Positions 23,483 to 36,055 are shown, counted from the first letter of the stretch. The stretch is 64,000 bases of DNA from an uncultured candidate division Zixibacteria bacterium (GCA_963668625.2 CAXXKA010000006.1:320001-384000), one strand, 5' to 3'. Translations and numbers: made by a program. Notes: a model not told the origin generated them from the sequence alone.

Positions 23483-25570
23483 GTGCCTATGAGTCTGGAA
23501 AAAACTAGAAATATTGGGATTATGGCTCACATCGACGCCGGTAAAACTACAACTACCGAGCGTATTTTGTATTATGCCGGAAAAACTCATCGCCTGGGAG
23601 AAGTTCATGACGGAGCCGCGGTCATGGACTGGATGGATTTAGAGAAGGAACGCGGCATAACGATAACCTCAGCCGCAACGACCGTATACTGGAGCGATTA
23701 CCGTATCAATATCATAGATACCCCGGGTCATGTCGATTTCACGGTCGAGGTGGAAAGGTCACTGCGCGTTCTCGATGGCGCCATAGCTTTATTCTGCGCT
23801 GTCGGTGGAGTCGAGCCGCAATCGGAGACGGTCTGGCGTCAGGCCGATAAATACCACGTTCCGCGTATTGCTTTTGTCAATAAGATGGATCGTGTCGGCT
23901 CGGATTTTTATGCGGTGGTCGAAATGATGAAGCAGAAGCTCGGCGCTAACGCCGTACCGATTCAAATCCCAATGACAACCGGCGATATATTTAACGGTAT
24001 TATCAACCTGATCGATATGACCGCCCGCGTTTATAATGATGAGTCGCTGGGTCTGGAGTATCATGACGGTCCGATACCGCAAGCCCTTCAGGCTAAAGCC
24101 GATGAATACCGCGAACTGCTTTTGGAAAATCTCTCGGATTATGACGATAACTTGATGACGAAATTCTTGGATAACGAACCGATAGAAGTGGAAGAGATCA
24201 ATGCCGCGCTGCGTAAAGCGGTGCTGGAGTTGAAGGTGTTTCCGGTCCTCTGCGGAACGTCATTCAAGAACAAGGGCGTACAGAAATTGCTTGATGCTGT
24301 CGTGGACTACCTGCCCGCGCCGATCGATATGCCTCCTGTTGAGGGCGTCGATCTCAAAACCTCTGAAAAGATATTACGCAGGGCGTCGAAAGAAGAACCA
24401 TTCTCCGCGCTCGTATTCAAGATTATCACCGATCCCTATGTCGGTAAGCTGACATATTTCAGGGTATATTCGGGGAATTTAAAAGCCGGTTCCTATGTTT
24501 ATAATTCAACCAAAGATAAAAACGAAAGACTGTCGCGTTTGCTTTTGATGCATTCCAATAAGAAAAATGATGTCAGGGAGATCACTGTCGGTGATATCGT
24601 TGCCGGCATCGGTTTCAAGCATACCTCGACAGGAGATACCATATGTGATAAAAATCACCCGTTGTTGCTCGAACAAATGATTTTCCCGGAGCCGGTTATC
24701 TCGATCGCGATCGAGCCGAAAACAAAAGCCGATCAGGAGAAATTGAGCAACGCATTAGCTCGTTTGATAGATGAGGATCCGACTTTCAGGCTCAAGCAAG
24801 ATGAGGATACAGGTCAGACTATCATCTCGGGTATGGGTGAACTTCACCTGGAAATTTTGATCGATAGAATGTTCCGTGAATTCAATGTCGCGGCCAATGT
24901 AGGTAAACAGCAGGTTGCTTATAAAGAGTCTATTACTCGCGCTACCGAATGCGAAGGACGTTTCGTCCGTCAGTCCGGCGGTCACGGCCAGTACGGTCAT
25001 GTCAAGCTGAAAATCGAGCCGGGTGAGCAAGGCTCAGGGCTGGTTTTCGAAAATGCAATCGTTGGCGGTACCATACCAAAAGATTTTATCCCGGCTATCA
25101 AGCAGGGAGTTAAAGAGTCTATGGAAAATGGCGCCCTGGCCGGCTACCCTACCGTTGACTTGAAGGTGGTTCTTTATGATGGCAGTTATCACGATGTCGA
25201 CTCATCCGAGTTGGCTTATCGCGTGGCGGCCTCGATGGCTATTCAGGATGGCATGAAGAAAGCCTCGCCGGTTCTTATCGAGCCGATCATGGATGTGGAG
25301 ATTGTCGTGCCCGAGGAGTACCTCGGAGATATCATGGGTGACATTCAAAGCAGGCGTGGAAAAATCGAGGGAATAGCCCAGCGTCCTGATGCCAAGCTGG
25401 TTGCCGCCGAGGTGCCGCTTTCGGAGATGTTCGGATACGCCACCCGGTTAAGATCGTTGTCTCAGGGGCGCGCGGTTTATTCGATGCAATTTTCGCATTA
25501 CGCGAAAATGCCCGATCAAGCCAGCAAGAAGATCGTTAATCGTATGAAAGGTTATGCGTTCCAGGATTAA
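23483..25570 (+). CDS. fusA: Elongation factor G
   Basis: [37 protein letters not shown]. Confidence 0.99.
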   Translation: MPMSLEKTRNIGIMAHIDAGKTTTTERILYYAGKTHRLGEVHDGAAVMDWMDLEKERGITITSAATTVYWSDYRINIIDTPGHVDFTVEVERSLRVLDGAIALFCAVGGVEPQSETVWRQADKYHVPRIAFVNKMDRVGSDFYAVVEMMKQKLGANAVPIQIPMTTGDIFNGIINLIDMTARVYNDESLGLEYHDGPIPQALQAKADEYRELLLENLSDYDDNLMTKFLDNEPIEVEEINAALRKAVLELKVFPVLCGTSFKNKGVQKLLDAVVDYLPAPIDMPPVEGVDLKTSEKILRRASKEEPFSALVFKIITDPYVGKLTYFRVYSGNLKAGSYVYNSTKDKNERLSRLLLMHSNKKNDVREITVGDIVAGIGFKHTSTGDTICDKNHPLLLEQMIFPEPVISIAIEPKTKADQEKLSNALARLIDEDPTFRLKQDEDTGQTIISGMGELHLEILIDRMFREFNVAANVGKQQVAYKESITRATECEGRFVRQSGGHGQYGHVKLKIEPGEQGSGLVFENAIVGGTIPKDFIPAIKQGVKESMENGALAGYPTVDLKVVLYDGSYHDVDSSELAYRVAASMAIQDGMKKASPVLIEPIMDVEIVVPEEYLGDIMGDIQSRRGKIEGIAQRPDAKLVAAEVPLSEMFGYATRLRSLSQGRAVYSMQFSHYAKMPDQASKKIVNRMKGYAFQD

Positions 25571-25630
25571 TTGATAAAATCAAGTTAAACTAGAAGATAA
25601 ATAATAAGAATAAATCTAAGGAGTAAGCGG

Positions 25631-26839
25631 ATGGCGAAGGAGAAATTTGAGCGTACGAAGCCGCATGTTAATGTAGGCACGATAGGTCACGTGGATCATG
25701 GCAAGACCACTTTGACGGCGGCGATCACGATGGTTTTGGCTCGCAAGGGTGGAGCCAAGGTAAGGGACTTTGATTCGATTGATAACGCTCCTGAAGAGAA
25801 AGAGCGTGGCATAACGATTGCGACTGCTCACGTGGAGTACGAGACGGATAATCGTCACTATGCTCACGTCGACTGTCCTGGTCACGCCGATTATGTAAAG
25901 AACATGATAACCGGCGCCGCCCAGATGGACGGTTCGGTACTCGTTGTCAGCGCGGCTGATGGTCCGATGCCTCAGACTCGGGAGCACATCTTGTTGGCTC
26001 GTCAGGTTGGCGTACCTTACATCATCGTTTACATGAATAAGGTAGATCAGGTTGACGACCCTGAGCTTCTGGATTTGGTAGAGTTAGAGGTACGAGATCT
26101 TTTGAGCCAGTACCAGTTTCCCGGCGATGACATTCCGATCATTCGTGGTTCGGCCCTTGAGGCGATGACCAAAGGTTCGGATCCTAACACCGCTCTTGAT
26201 GATCCTGCTTTCCAGAGCATTTACGAGCTTATGGAGGCTGTTGACACTTATATTCCCGAGCCGAAGCGTGACACGGACAAGCCTTTCTTGATGCCTGTAG
26301 AGGATGTTTTCTCTATCACTGGTCGGGGTACAGTTGGAACCGGTCGTATCGAGCGTGGCATAGTCAAGGTTGGTGATCCTGTTGAGCGTATCGGAATCCG
26401 CGAGACCAAGAAGACGGTTTGCACTGGTGTCGAGATGTTTCGGAAGATGCTCGATTCGGGTCAGGCCGGCGATAACGTAGGTTTGCTTCTTCGCGGTATA
26501 GACAAGACCGATCTTGAGCGTGGTATGGTAATCGCGGCTCCCGGCAGCGTAACTCCTCACACGAAATTCAAAGGCGAGGTTTACGTTCTTACGAAAGAAG
26601 AGGGAGGCCGTCACACTCCGTTTTTCAATGGCTACCGTCCGCAGTTTTATTTCCGTACGACTGATGTAACGGGTACGGTACAGTTGCCAGAAGGCGTAGA
26701 GATGGTCATGCCCGGTGATAACGTGACCGTGGTAGGAGAGCTCATTACCCCGATCGCCATGGAAGATGGTTTACGTTTCGCGATACGTGAAGGCGGACGT
26801 ACCGTAGGAGCCGGCGTTGTCGGTGAAATTATAGAGTAA
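25631..26839 (+). CDS. tuf: Elongation factor Tu (copy 2)
   Basis: Protein identical to copy 1. Confidence 0.99.
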   Translation: MAKEKFERTKPHVNVGTIGHVDHGKTTLTAAITMVLARKGGAKVRDFDSIDNAPEEKERGITIATAHVEYETDNRHYAHVDCPGHADYVKNMITGAAQMDGSVLVVSAADGPMPQTREHILLARQVGVPYIIVYMNKVDQVDDPELLDLVELEVRDLLSQYQFPGDDIPIIRGSALEAMTKGSDPNTALDDPAFQSIYELMEAVDTYIPEPKRDTDKPFLMPVEDVFSITGRGTVGTGRIERGIVKVGDPVERIGIRETKKTVCTGVEMFRKMLDSGQAGDNVGLLLRGIDKTDLERGMVIAAPGSVTPHTKFKGEVYVLTKEEGGRHTPFFNGYRPQFYFRTTDVTGTVQLPEGVEMVMPGDNVTVVGELITPIAMEDGLRFAIREGGRTVGAGVVGEIIE

Positions 26840-26844
26840 GGATT

Positions 26845-27153
26845 ATGGAAGGACAAAAAATAAGAATTAGGCTCAAAGCGTACGATCATGTCGCTTTAGA
26901 CCGGTCGGCCGTTGAGATTGTCAATACGGTTACCCGCACTGGCGCGAAGATCGCCGGCCCGGTTCCGTTGCCGACCAAAAGAACGATGTATACGATTCTT
27001 CGTTCACCCCACGTCGATAAAAAGTCGCGTGAGCAGTTTGAAACCAGGATTCATAAACGCTTGATCGATATTTACGATTCGAATCCGCAAACTGTAGATT
27101 CTTTGATGAGGCTTGATTTACCGGCCGGTGTCGATGTTGAGATTAAAGTTTGA
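26845..27153 (+). CDS. rpsJ: 30S ribosomal protein S10
   Basis: [23 protein letters not shown]. Confidence 0.99.
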   Translation: MEGQKIRIRLKAYDHVALDRSAVEIVNTVTRTGAKIAGPVPLPTKRTMYTILRSPHVDKKSREQFETRIHKRLIDIYDSNPQTVDSLMRLDLPAGVDVEIKV

Positions 27154-27168
27154 GGATAAAACGTTAAA

Positions 27169-27789
27169 ATGAAAACTTTGTTTGGCAAAAAAATAGGCAT
27201 GACCAGAATCTTCGATGAAATGGGAAACATGATTCCCGTGACGGTCATCAAAGCCGATCCCCACACTATCCTTGATACACGTACCAGGGATAAACATGGC
27301 TACGACGCCATAAGGGTGGCTTTCGGTGATATCCGTAAGAAGCTTCTAATTAAGCCTGTAGAGGGACAATATAAAAACGCCGGTCTGGAACCGACCCGAT
27401 ATATACGCGAAATCAGGCTTGCCTCAGGCGAGGAATTTAATGTTGGCGATAAGCTCAACGTCGATATCTTCGCTGCCGGTGAGAAGGTGAAAGTCACTGG
27501 AATCTCCAAAGGTTTGGGATTCCAGGGTACGGTTCGTCGCCATGGTTTTGGCGGCGGCCCCAAGACTCACGGTCAATCCGACCGCCTGCGCGCACCGGGC
27601 TCGATCGGCCAGTCTTCATATCCGTCAAGAGTGCTTAAAGGCATGCGCATGGCGGGCCATATGGGCAATGAAAAAGTCACAGTGAAAAACTTACGGATCA
27701 CAGCGGTAGAGCCCGAGCACAATTTATTGTTGATTCGCGGCGCCGTTCCCGGAAAACCGGGCGGTCTGTTAAGGATAGAGAAGGCGTAG
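27169..27789 (+). CDS. rplC: 50S ribosomal protein L3
   Basis: GKKIGMT, GFQGTVRRHGF, PGSIG. Confidence 0.98.
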   Translation: MKTLFGKKIGMTRIFDEMGNMIPVTVIKADPHTILDTRTRDKHGYDAIRVAFGDIRKKLLIKPVEGQYKNAGLEPTRYIREIRLASGEEFNVGDKLNVDIFAAGEKVKVTGISKGLGFQGTVRRHGFGGGPKTHGQSDRLRAPGSIGQSSYPSRVLKGMRMAGHMGNEKVTVKNLRITAVEPEHNLLLIRGAVPGKPGGLLRIEKA

Positions 27790-27798
27790 GTGATGGCA

Positions 27799-28428
27799 AT
27801 GTCTGAAGCTAAAATATTTGATATTCAGGGAAAATCAACCGAGAGCAAGCAGTTGGAAGGCCCGCTGTTTAACTCCGAGGTTAAGCCGCACCTGCTGCAC
27901 GAGTACGTGATCGGTTACCAGCGTAACCTTCGCCAGGGAACCTCCGCGACCAAAACCAGAACGATGGTCAGAGGCGGCGGACGTAAACCGTGGCGTCAAA
28001 AAGGAACCGGCAGAGCTAGGTCCGGCACGAAAAACTCGCCGGTATGGGTCGGCGGCGGTATCGCCTGGGGACCACATCCCCGTATCTATTACCGTCCCAT
28101 GCCCAAGAAATTCAAAAGGGCGGCCATTCGTTCGGCTTTCTCGAACCAGGCTGCGTCCGGTAATATCCGGGTCGTCGTGGTTCCTGAGATCACCGAGCCG
28201 AAAACCAGGGCAATTGCCGATTGGCTGAAGTCCCACGATATTTACCATCAGCGAGTGCTGATTTTAACCGAGAGCAAGAATGTCGATTTCGAGAGATCTT
28301 GCAGTAACATCAAATACGTCGTAACCAAACGTTCGATACTGGTCAACCCGTTTGACCTGGTGTGGGCCGAGCATGTACTGGTTACCCCTGATGCCCTGCA
28401 GAAGATCGAGGAGGTATTTGGCAAATGA
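27799..28428 (+). CDS. rplD: 50S ribosomal protein L4
   Basis: KPWRQKGTGRAR; start codon uncertain (27790-27799). Confidence 0.97.
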   Translation: MSEAKIFDIQGKSTESKQLEGPLFNSEVKPHLLHEYVIGYQRNLRQGTSATKTRTMVRGGGRKPWRQKGTGRARSGTKNSPVWVGGGIAWGPHPRIYYRPMPKKFKRAAIRSAFSNQAASGNIRVVVVPEITEPKTRAIADWLKSHDIYHQRVLILTESKNVDFERSCSNIKYVVTKRSILVNPFDLVWAEHVLVTPDALQKIEEVFGK

Positions 28429-28715
28429 GATCAGCTCATCAGTTAATTTACCAGGCCATTATCTCGGAGAAAGGCACCATTCTCAGGGACAACGAGAACC
28501 GATACGTATTCAAGGTTCATCTGTCGGCCAATAAAATCGAAATAAAAAAAGCGATTGAAACCGCTTTCTCGGTTAAGGTGCTTGATGTTAAGACTATTGT
28601 TATGAAAGGCAAGACAAAAAGGCTCGGCCGTTTTCAGGGCAAACGCTCTGATTGGAAAAAAGCCATTGTCAGGCTTAAAGAAGGCGATTCAATTGATATC
28701 TTTGAAAGCGTTTGA
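28425..28715 (+). CDS. rplW: 50S ribosomal protein L23
   Basis: ANKIEIKKAIE, WKKAIV. Confidence 0.97.
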   Translation: MRSAHQLIYQAIISEKGTILRDNENRYVFKVHLSANKIEIKKAIETAFSVKVLDVKTIVMKGKTKRLGRFQGKRSDWKKAIVRLKEGDSIDIFESV

Positions 28716-28724
28716 GGCAGATAA

Positions 28725-29546
28725 ATGGGTATGAAGAAATTTAAACCGATTACTCCCAGCCGCCGTTATATGACCGTTTCGGATTTTGCCGAGGTGACTC
28801 ATGCGTATCCGGAGAAGAGCCTGTTGAGGCCTTTAAAGAAAAGCGGTGGTCGCGGTAATACGGGAAGGATAACCTGTCGCCACAAGGGCGGAGGTCATAG
28901 AAGACATTATCGAGTTATAGATTTCAAGCGAGATAAGATGGGCATTCCCGCACGCGTTGCCTCGATCGAGTACGATCCTAACCGTTCGGCCAGAATCGCG
29001 TTATTGCATTATGCCGATGGCGAGAAACGCTATATCATAGCTCCAGCTAATCTTAAAGTCGATGATGTTATCAAAGCTACCGAGGAACTCGATATCGCTA
29101 TCGGCAATACATTGCCGTTATCGATAATTCCGATGGGCACTGGTATTCACAATATCGAGCTAAAGCCCGGCAAGGGGGCTCAGATGGTTCGTTCCGCCGG
29201 CGCTATTGCCACACTGATGGCTAAAGAAGGCGATTACGCTCAGATCAAGTTGCCCTCGGGAGAGGTAAGATTAGTGGCTCTCAGGTGCAAAGCGACAATC
29301 GGCCAGGTCGGTAATATCGACCATGAAAATATCAGTATCGGTAAGGCCGGCAGAAAACGCTGGATGGGTGTTCGTCCCACCGTTCGCGGTGTGGCAATGA
29401 ACCCGGTAGACCACCCGATGGGTGGTGGTGAGGGCCGATCATCCGGTGGCCGTCACCCTTGCAGTCCCTGGGGGCAGCCCTCGAAAGGGTATAAAACCAG
29501 GAAGAAAAAAGCATCCGATAAAATGATAGTTAAACGTCGTAAATAA
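28725..29546 (+). CDS. rplB: 50S ribosomal protein L2
   Basis: [23 protein letters not shown]. Confidence 0.99.
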   Translation: MGMKKFKPITPSRRYMTVSDFAEVTHAYPEKSLLRPLKKSGGRGNTGRITCRHKGGGHRRHYRVIDFKRDKMGIPARVASIEYDPNRSARIALLHYADGEKRYIIAPANLKVDDVIKATEELDIAIGNTLPLSIIPMGTGIHNIELKPGKGAQMVRSAGAIATLMAKEGDYAQIKLPSGEVRLVALRCKATIGQVGNIDHENISIGKAGRKRWMGVRPTVRGVAMNPVDHPMGGGEGRSSGGRHPCSPWGQPSKGYKTRKKKASDKMIVKRRK

Positions 29547-29573
29547 TACTTTGATGATAATGGGAGGTTGTTA

Positions 29574-29861
29574 ATGTCCAGGTCTTTGAAGAAAGGCCCA
29601 TATATTGAGGATAGCTTGATGAAGAAGATTCAGGCGCTCAATGATAGCGGCGAAAAGCGCGTGATCAAAACCTGGTCGCGTCGTTCGACAATTCCGCCGG
29701 AATTCGTGGGTCACACTCTGGCAATACACAATGGTAATAAATTTATTCCTGTGTATATCACCGAGAATATGGTGGGGCACAAGCTAGGCGAATTCTCGCC
29801 CACCCGCATATTCAGAGGTCATGCAGGGAAATTAACCGAGCGCTTGACCGCTATTAAATAG
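29574..29861 (+). CDS. rpsS: 30S ribosomal protein S19
   Basis: [16 protein letters not shown]. Confidence 0.98.
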   Translation: MSRSLKKGPYIEDSLMKKIQALNDSGEKRVIKTWSRRSTIPPEFVGHTLAIHNGNKFIPVYITENMVGHKLGEFSPTRIFRGHAGKLTERLTAIK

Positions 29862-29873
29862 GTTGATGGTGAT

Positions 29874-30245
29874 ATGGAAGCTAAAGCTACTTTAAGATAT
29901 GTCAGGATGTCGCCGCGAAAAATTCGCCAGGTTGCGGAACTGATAAAAGGGCGCAATTATATTGACGCCAAAGGTGTGTTGACTTTCACGCCTAAAGCCG
30001 CCAGCAAAGTCCTGATGGATACCATGAAATCGGCGGCGGCCAACGCTATAGCCCAGGAGGGCTCGACAAAGGTCAGGGTTGAAAATCTGTATGTCAAAAA
30101 TGTTCAGATTAACAGCGGACCGGTCATGAAAAGAATTATGCCAAGGTCTATGGGGCGAGCATATAGAATTCGTAAAAGAACCTCCCATGTTAATATTGTG
30201 CTGGCCGAAAAACCCACAGCTAAAAGCTCAGAGAAGGAGGCTTAG
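29874..30245 (+). CDS. rplV: 50S ribosomal protein L22
   Basis: [17 protein letters not shown]. Confidence 0.97.
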   Translation: MEAKATLRYVRMSPRKIRQVAELIKGRNYIDAKGVLTFTPKAASKVLMDTMKSAAANAIAQEGSTKVRVENLYVKNVQINSGPVMKRIMPRSMGRAYRIRKRTSHVNIVLAEKPTAKSSEKEA

Positions 30246-30925
30246 TGGGACAGAAGACTCATCCATATGGAATACGGCTCGGTATCATAAAAGGCTGGAG
30301 ATCTCGCTGGTTTGCCAGTAAAAATTTCGCGGATCTTTTACATGAAGATCTGCTGATCAGACGTTACACTTTCAAACGTCTGGAGCACGCCGGTGTAGCT
30401 GAGATTCAGATACTAAGAGCGTTAAAAAAAGTTACTATCGATATTCACACGGCCAAGCCGGGTATCGTTATAGGCAGAAAAGGCGCCGAGGTTGATAAGC
30501 TTAAAGAAGAGTTGCAGATGCTTTCGGGTAAAGATATTCTCCTCAATATTATCGAGGTAAAGAAACCCGAGCTCTCTTCATCGCTGGTCGCTCAGTCGAT
30601 CGCTCAGCAGCTTGTCGGTCGTGTCTCGTTCCGTCGCGCCATGAAAAAGGCTGTCGCCGCCGCTATGAAAAGTGGCGCTGATGGTATCAAGATTGTCTGT
30701 AGTGGTCGTCTTGGTGGAGCAGAGATTGCCCGTGCGGAGAAATACCACAAAGGCAGAGTTCCGCTTCATACCCTGAGAGCCGACATCGACTACGCCACTG
30801 CGACCGCTCATACCACTTATGGCTGTATTGGCGTAAAGGTCTGGGTCTGCCGCGGCGAGATCGTCGAAAAAGAAAAAGCTCATGCTAAATTGCTGGGTGA
30901 AAACCCTTCCCGATGCCGACGATAG
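30245..30925 (+). CDS. rpsC: 30S ribosomal protein S3 (tail probably continues in +1 frame to 31184)
   Basis: [27 protein letters not shown]. Confidence 0.97.
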   Translation: MGQKTHPYGIRLGIIKGWRSRWFASKNFADLLHEDLLIRRYTFKRLEHAGVAEIQILRALKKVTIDIHTAKPGIVIGRKGAEVDKLKEELQMLSGKDILLNIIEVKKPELSSSLVAQSIAQQLVGRVSFRRAMKKAVAAAMKSGADGIKIVCSGRLGGAEIARAEKYHKGRVPLHTLRADIDYATATAHTTYGCIGVKVWVCRGEIVEKEKAHAKLLGENPSRCRR

Positions 30926-31186
30926 ATCCTCGTCCAGGCAGCAGAAACCTCGCCGTAAACGCGGCGATTTCAAAGGCAAACCCAGAAGACAGTCGGGTAA
31001 GAAACCGTCCGCCAGAATGGCCGATAAATCGAGACGTTATGACGGCAGACCTGATAATCGGGGACCGGCTAAACCGCATGATGACAAAAAGCCCAGGACT
31101 CAGGGGAAACCCGACAGCAGGGGCGCGAAACCTCAAGCATCGGCTGACAAGAAAACCGATAGCTCGTCTAATAAGGAGAATTAAAG

Positions 31187-31609
31187 ATGCTATCTCCGAA
31201 GAGAGTTAAATTCAGAAAGCAGCAGCGTGGCCGTCGCAGAGGAAAAGCGTACCGCGGTAGTAATATCGATTTCGGTGAATTCGGTCTCAAGGCTCTAGAG
31301 CCGGCATGGATCACCAACCGCCAGATCGAGGCCGCTCGTGTGGCCCTGACCAGGTATGTGAAGAGGGGCGGTAAGGTTTGGATAAGGATATTCCCCGATA
31401 AGCCGGTTACCATGAAACCCGCCGAAACAAGGATGGGTAAAGGTAAGGGCTCGCCGGAATACTGGGTAGCCGTTGTCAAACCGGGCCGCATTATGTTCGA
31501 ACTCGAAGGTGTTGCCGAGGATGTCGCCCGTGAGGGGATGAGACTGGCGGCGGCGAAATTGCCGATTAGAACCAAGTTTGTCACTCGTAAAGATATTTTG
31601 AAGGATTAA
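31187..31609 (+). CDS. rplP: 50S ribosomal protein L16
   Basis: RMGKGKG, IEAARVA. Confidence 0.98.
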   Translation: MLSPKRVKFRKQQRGRRRGKAYRGSNIDFGEFGLKALEPAWITNRQIEAARVALTRYVKRGGKVWIRIFPDKPVTMKPAETRMGKGKGSPEYWVAVVKPGRIMFELEGVAEDVAREGMRLAAAKLPIRTKFVTRKDILKD

Positions 31610-31869
31610 TGATGAAAGCCCGTGAGTTGAGAGACCTCACAATCGAAGAGGTCATCCAGAAAAAAGAAGAGCTATCCAAGGAAAAATTCAATTTGACCTT
31701 GAGACTGGCTACTCGTCAGGTGGAAAATCCCCTGAGAGTCAGAGTGCTCAGGCGCGATTTGGCGAAGATCAATACTATCTTGAAAGAGCATGAGCTTGGT
31801 TTAAGAAAGTTGGCCGAATCTGAGGGCATAACCTCTGATAAGAACAGGCAGGCAGATGATGAGAAATAA
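31609..31869 (+). CDS. rpmC: 50S ribosomal protein L29 (C-terminal extension)
   Basis: [16 protein letters not shown]. Confidence 0.93.
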   Translation: MMKARELRDLTIEEVIQKKEELSKEKFNLTLRLATRQVENPLRVRVLRRDLAKINTILKEHELGLRKLAESEGITSDKNRQADDEK

Positions 31870-32110
31870 ACGTAAAACCAGAATCGGCACGGTTACCTCC
31901 AGCAAGATGGATAAAACCATCGTGGTGGCGGTAAAGCGTATCATGAAGCACCCCCAGTTTGGCAAGATCGTTAACAGGACTGCCAAGGTATATGCTCATG
32001 ATGAGGAGAATCAGGCTGGTATCGGCGATGTTGTAATGGTTATGGAGACTCGCCCGTTTTCTAAACTAAAAAGATGGCGTTTAACCAAAGTGCTGGAAAA
32101 AGCCAAGTAG
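31856..32110 (+). CDS. rpsQ: 30S ribosomal protein S17
   Basis: [19 protein letters not shown]. Confidence 0.97.
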   Translation: MMRNKRKTRIGTVTSSKMDKTIVVAVKRIMKHPQFGKIVNRTAKVYAHDEENQAGIGDVVMVMETRPFSKLKRWRLTKVLEKAK

Positions 32111-32126
32111 CAGGTAGGGTGCGGTT

Positions 32127-32495
32127 ATGATTCAGGAATATTCAAAATTGACGATTTGCGATAACTCCGGGGCTAAAATAGCTCAGTGTTTTCGTATTTT
32201 GGGCGGTACCCGCCATCGCTATGCGCGCATCGGTGATATTATCGTCGTGACGGTAAAAGATGCTATACCCGGCGGCGCAGTTAAGAAAAGTGATGTCGTG
32301 AAAGCCGTGGTTGTCAGGACAAAAAAAGAAACCCGGCGCAAGGATGGTTCCTATATCAGGTTCTCCGATAACGCCGCTGTTATAATCAACGAACAGGGTG
32401 AGCCCAGGGGAACTCGTATTTTCGGACCTGTGGCCAGAGAGCTTCGCGAGAAGAAATTCATGAAAATCGTCTCGCTGGCGCCTGAGGTTTGGTAA
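32127..32495 (+). CDS. rplN: 50S ribosomal protein L14
   Basis: [18 protein letters not shown]. Confidence 0.99.
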   Translation: MIQEYSKLTICDNSGAKIAQCFRILGGTRHRYARIGDIIVVTVKDAIPGGAVKKSDVVKAVVVRTKKETRRKDGSYIRFSDNAAVIINEQGEPRGTRIFGPVARELREKKFMKIVSLAPEVW

Positions 32496-32516
32496 ATCAC
32501 CCCGGGAGGATTATAG

Positions 32517-32828
32517 ATGAAAATTCGTAAAGGTGACACAGTAAAAGTAGTATCGGGCAACGATCGGGGTAAGATCGGGAAAGTGCTAAAAACGTTCCCC
32601 GAATCCAATCGTGTCATTATCGAGAGCGTTAACCTGATCAAACGTCATACAAGGCCCAGCCAGAGTAACAGGAAGGGCGGTATTGTCGAAAAGGAAGGTT
32701 CAGTGCATGTCTCCAATGTCATGCTGTTCGATAACCGGACAAGCGCTCCTGCCCGAATCGGTTATAAATTACTAAATGATGGTACTAAAGTTCGGATTAA
32801 TAAAAAATCCGGGGAGATTATTGAATAG
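32517..32828 (+). CDS. rplX: 50S ribosomal protein L24
   Basis: [17 protein letters not shown] motif, HVSNV. Confidence 0.97.
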   Translation: MKIRKGDTVKVVSGNDRGKIGKVLKTFPESNRVIIESVNLIKRHTRPSQSNRKGGIVEKEGSVHVSNVMLFDNRTSAPARIGYKLLNDGTKVRINKKSGEIIE

Positions 32829-32830
32829 CT

Positions 32831-33373
32831 ATGGCCAGGTTAAAAGATCAGTACTTTAAAGAAGTCCGGCCCGAGTTGATGAAAAGGCTTGGTTATAAAA
32901 ATATTAACCAGGTGCCCAGGCTTAAAGCCATCGTCGTTAATTCGGGAGTCGGAGAGGCTATCGGCGATCATAAAAAACTTGAGGCCGCCGCCGGCGATCT
33001 GAGTATTATCACCGGCCAGAAACCCTCTATCAGACGAGCCAGAAAATCGATCTCGAATTTCAAACTGCGCGAGGGTAACCCCATCGGCGTGACAGTCACG
33101 CTGCGCAGTTACATGATGTACGAGTTCCTGGATCGACTGGTGAATATCGCGATACCCAGAATCAGGGATTTCCGTGGTATCCCATCGAAGTCATTCGATG
33201 GTCGCGGAAACTACACGCTCGGTGTTACCGAGCAAATCATTTTTCCCGAAATCGATTACGATAAAGTGGATAAAATTCGTGGAATGAATATAACCTTCGT
33301 GACGACTGCCAATACGGATTCCGAAGCTTTCGAGCTTTTAAAATCGTTTGGTATGCCGTTTAAGAAAAATTAA
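32831..33373 (+). CDS. rplE: 50S ribosomal protein L5
   Basis: [22 protein letters not shown]. Confidence 0.99.
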   Translation: MARLKDQYFKEVRPELMKRLGYKNINQVPRLKAIVVNSGVGEAIGDHKKLEAAAGDLSIITGQKPSIRRARKSISNFKLREGNPIGVTVTLRSYMMYEFLDRLVNIAIPRIRDFRGIPSKSFDGRGNYTLGVTEQIIFPEIDYDKVDKIRGMNITFVTTANTDSEAFELLKSFGMPFKKN

Positions 33374-33384
33374 TAGGAGTTGGT

Positions 33385-33570
33385 GTGGCCAAGAAATGTA
33401 AAATAGCTGCCAGCTTGAAAAAACCTAAATTCAAGGTTCGCCAGTCTAATCGTTGTAAGAGATGCGGCCGCCCGCGCGCTTATATGAGGCGCTTTGGACT
33501 CTGCAGAATTTGCTTCCGAGAGCTGGCGCTTAACGGCGAAATACCCGGCGTGGTAAAAGCAAGCTGGTAG
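33385..33570 (+). CDS. rpsN: 30S ribosomal protein S14 type Z
   Basis: [22 protein letters not shown]. Confidence 0.98.
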   Translation: MAKKCKIAASLKKPKFKVRQSNRCKRCGRPRAYMRRFGLCRICFRELALNGEIPGVVKASW

Positions 33571-33583
33571 GAGGAATGATAAG

Positions 33584-33982
33584 ATGACTATGACTGATCC
33601 GATTGCTGATTTTATCACCCGAATCAGAAATGCCAGCAGGGCTTCGATCCGGCGGCTCGATGTCCCGGCGTCTAACGCTAAAAAAAGAATCGCCGAGATA
33701 CTCCTGGAGAATAATTTCCTCAGGTCGGTTGATTATATCGAAGATGATAAACAGGGGATACTTCGCATCCGTTTACGTTATACCCGCGAGGGCAAAAGTA
33801 CCATTAAGGGTATACTCAGGATGTCGAAACCCGGCTTAAGAGTTTATATGGGTAAAAAAGAACTCCACAGGGGTTCCAGAAGACCCGGTGTTGTGGTACT
33901 AACCACCTCCTCAGGCGTGATGACCAGTACGGACGCGGTGGTTAAAGGTGTTGGCGGCGAAGCTTTGTTCAGGATATGGTAG
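33584..33982 (+). CDS. rpsH: 30S ribosomal protein S8
   Basis: DPIADFITRIRNA, SKPGLRVY. Confidence 0.97.
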   Translation: MTMTDPIADFITRIRNASRASIRRLDVPASNAKKRIAEILLENNFLRSVDYIEDDKQGILRIRLRYTREGKSTIKGILRMSKPGLRVYMGKKELHRGSRRPGVVVLTTSSGVMTSTDAVVKGVGGEALFRIW

Positions 33983-33994
33983 GAGGTATCTAAG

Positions 33995-34534
33995 ATGTCA
34001 CGAATAGGTAAACTACCGATAAAGATTCCTGCCGGAGTGAAAGTCTCCATGGACGGTACTCGTTGTCACGTGGAGGGACCGAAAGGCAAGCTTTTCGAAA
34101 ACATCCACGGCGATATTATCGTAGATATCGGCCAGGAGGAAATCAACGTCAAGCGCCCGACCGATGCCAAGTATCACAGAGCGCTTCACGGTCTTTCACG
34201 CGCGTTGATTAATAATATGGTGGTTGGCGTAACTGACGGATTCAAGATCAATCTCGAAATTATCGGTGTCGGTTATCGTGCCGAGAAAACCGGTAAGTCC
34301 GTTACCTTCCATCTCGGCTATTCGCACCCGATTACGCTGGTGCCCCCGCCGGAAGTTACAGTTGAAGTTGAGGGAAATAACAAAGTCAGTGTTATTGGCA
34401 TTAACAAGCAAATTGTCGGCCAGATCGCCTCTGAGATCAGGGGATTCAGGCCGCCCGAGCCGTACAAAGGCAAAGGTGTCAAGTACGCTGATGAACAAAT
34501 CAGAAGAAAAGCTGGTAAGACGGCAGGTGCGTAA
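33995..34534 (+). CDS. rplF: 50S ribosomal protein L6
   Basis: MSRIGKLP, PEPYKGKGV. Confidence 0.98.
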   Translation: MSRIGKLPIKIPAGVKVSMDGTRCHVEGPKGKLFENIHGDIIVDIGQEEINVKRPTDAKYHRALHGLSRALINNMVVGVTDGFKINLEIIGVGYRAEKTGKSVTFHLGYSHPITLVPPPEVTVEVEGNNKVSVIGINKQIVGQIASEIRGFRPPEPYKGKGVKYADEQIRRKAGKTAGA

Positions 34535-34536
34535 TT

Positions 34537-34902
34537 ATGTCTAATCAACAGATAACAAAGAGAAAATCTCATTTAAAGCGTAAACTCCGCACCAAGAAAA
34601 AATTAGTGGGTAGCGCGGAGCGTCCCCGGATGACCGTTTATAAATCACTGAATCATATCTATGTTCAGTTGGTTGATGATCTCGGTCAGAAATGCCTGTG
34701 TGGAGTTTCCTCACTGACTAAAGAGCTTTCCGGGGAGAAAGTGAATAAAACCGAGAAAGCCACTAAGGTCGGGGAAATGATGGGTAAAATAGCTACCGAA
34801 AAAGGTATCCAGTCCATCATCTTCGACAGGTCAGGGTATCAATATCACGGCCGCGTTAAAGCCGTAGCCGAGGGTGCCCGTAAAGGCGGATTAAAATTTT
34901 AA
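34537..34902 (+). CDS. rplR: 50S ribosomal protein L18
   Basis: [14 protein letters not shown]. Confidence 0.97.
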   Translation: MSNQQITKRKSHLKRKLRTKKKLVGSAERPRMTVYKSLNHIYVQLVDDLGQKCLCGVSSLTKELSGEKVNKTEKATKVGEMMGKIATEKGIQSIIFDRSGYQYHGRVKAVAEGARKGGLKF

Positions 34903-34926
34903 TTATCAATAAACGGAGAGGTTTCT

Positions 34927-35418
34927 TTGGCATATTTTGATAACTCGGAATCAGAATTCGAAGAGAAGGTAGTGAATGTAAACCGTGTCGCCAAAGTCGT
35001 AAAAGGCGGACGCCGTTTTAAATTCACCGCGCTTGTAGCCGCCGGCGATAAAAAAGGAAAAGTCGGTATTGGGCATGGTAAAGCCTCCGAGGTGGTCGAT
35101 GCTATCCGTAAAGCCAGCGAGGCCGCTCGTAAGGATATGATCGACGTCAACCTTATCGAGGGTACCATCTCTCACGAAGTGACTGGTCGATTCGGCGCTG
35201 CCAGCGTTCTCTTGAAACCGGCCTCCGCCGGTACCGGTGTAATAGCCGGTGGTCCGGTCAGGGCGGTATTAGAGTCCTGCGGTGTGCAGGATGTACTGAC
35301 CAAGTCGTTGGGTTCACCGAACCCTTACAACGTCATCAAAGCCACCATGAACGGCTTGCAACAGTTGATCGAGATCGAAGGTTTGATCGAAGCTCGCAAA
35401 AACGTGGAGAAGAGCTGA
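34927..35418 (+). CDS. rpsE: 30S ribosomal protein S5
   Basis: [20 protein letters not shown]. Confidence 0.98.
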   Translation: MAYFDNSESEFEEKVVNVNRVAKVVKGGRRFKFTALVAAGDKKGKVGIGHGKASEVVDAIRKASEAARKDMIDVNLIEGTISHEVTGRFGAASVLLKPASAGTGVIAGGPVRAVLESCGVQDVLTKSLGSPNPYNVIKATMNGLQQLIEIEGLIEARKNVEKS

Positions 35419-35600
35419 TGGCAAATCAAATCAAAATTCAACAAGTTAAAGGTGTCGCGGGCACCTCGCAGCATCAAAGAAGGGTGCTGGAATCCCTGGG
35501 ACTTCGTCATAGAGAGCATATCGTCACTCATGATGATACCCCACAGATTCGCGGAATGGTCAACAAAGTTTTTCATCTGGTAAAAGTACTGGATAACTAA
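35418..35600 (+). CDS. rpmD: 50S ribosomal protein L30
   Basis: SLGLR..TPQIRGMVNKV.HLV. Confidence 0.95.
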   Translation: MANQIKIQQVKGVAGTSQHQRRVLESLGLRHREHIVTHDDTPQIRGMVNKVFHLVKVLDN

Positions 35601-35611
35601 GAAGGGTTATT

Positions 35612-36055
35612 ATGGATCTGAATAGTTTAAAACCGGCACCCGGCGCAAAACGAGAGCGTAAGCGAGTCGGGCGTGGTCCAGGTTCCGGGACAGGTTCGCA
35701 AAGCGGTAAGGGTCATAAAGGACAAAAAGCGAGATCCGGCTACAAGAGCAAAGCCTGGAACGAGGGCGGCCAGATGCCGATTGCGCGTCGCTTACCTAAA
35801 CGCGGTTTCACCAATATCTTCAAAAAAGAATGGCAGATTGTCAATCTCGGCGCTCTCGGTAAACTCGGTTTGGACTTAATCGATAAAGATATTTTACTCA
35901 AAAATAGAACTCTCAAAAGCCGTCGCTTGCCTTTCAAAGTGCTCGGTAACGGCGAAATCGAAAAACCGATTACTATCAAGGCGGATGCGTTTTCCAAAAC
36001 GGCAATCGAGAAAATAGAGAAGGCGGGCGGAAAGGCTGAGGTGATAAAGTGCTAG
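35612..36055 (+). CDS. rplO: 50S ribosomal protein L15
   Basis: RVGRGPGSG, GHKGQKAR, EGGQMP. Confidence 0.98.
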   Translation: MDLNSLKPAPGAKRERKRVGRGPGSGTGSQSGKGHKGQKARSGYKSKAWNEGGQMPIARRLPKRGFTNIFKKEWQIVNLGALGKLGLDLIDKDILLKNRTLKSRRLPFKVLGNGEIEKPITIKADAFSKTAIEKIEKAGGKAEVIKC

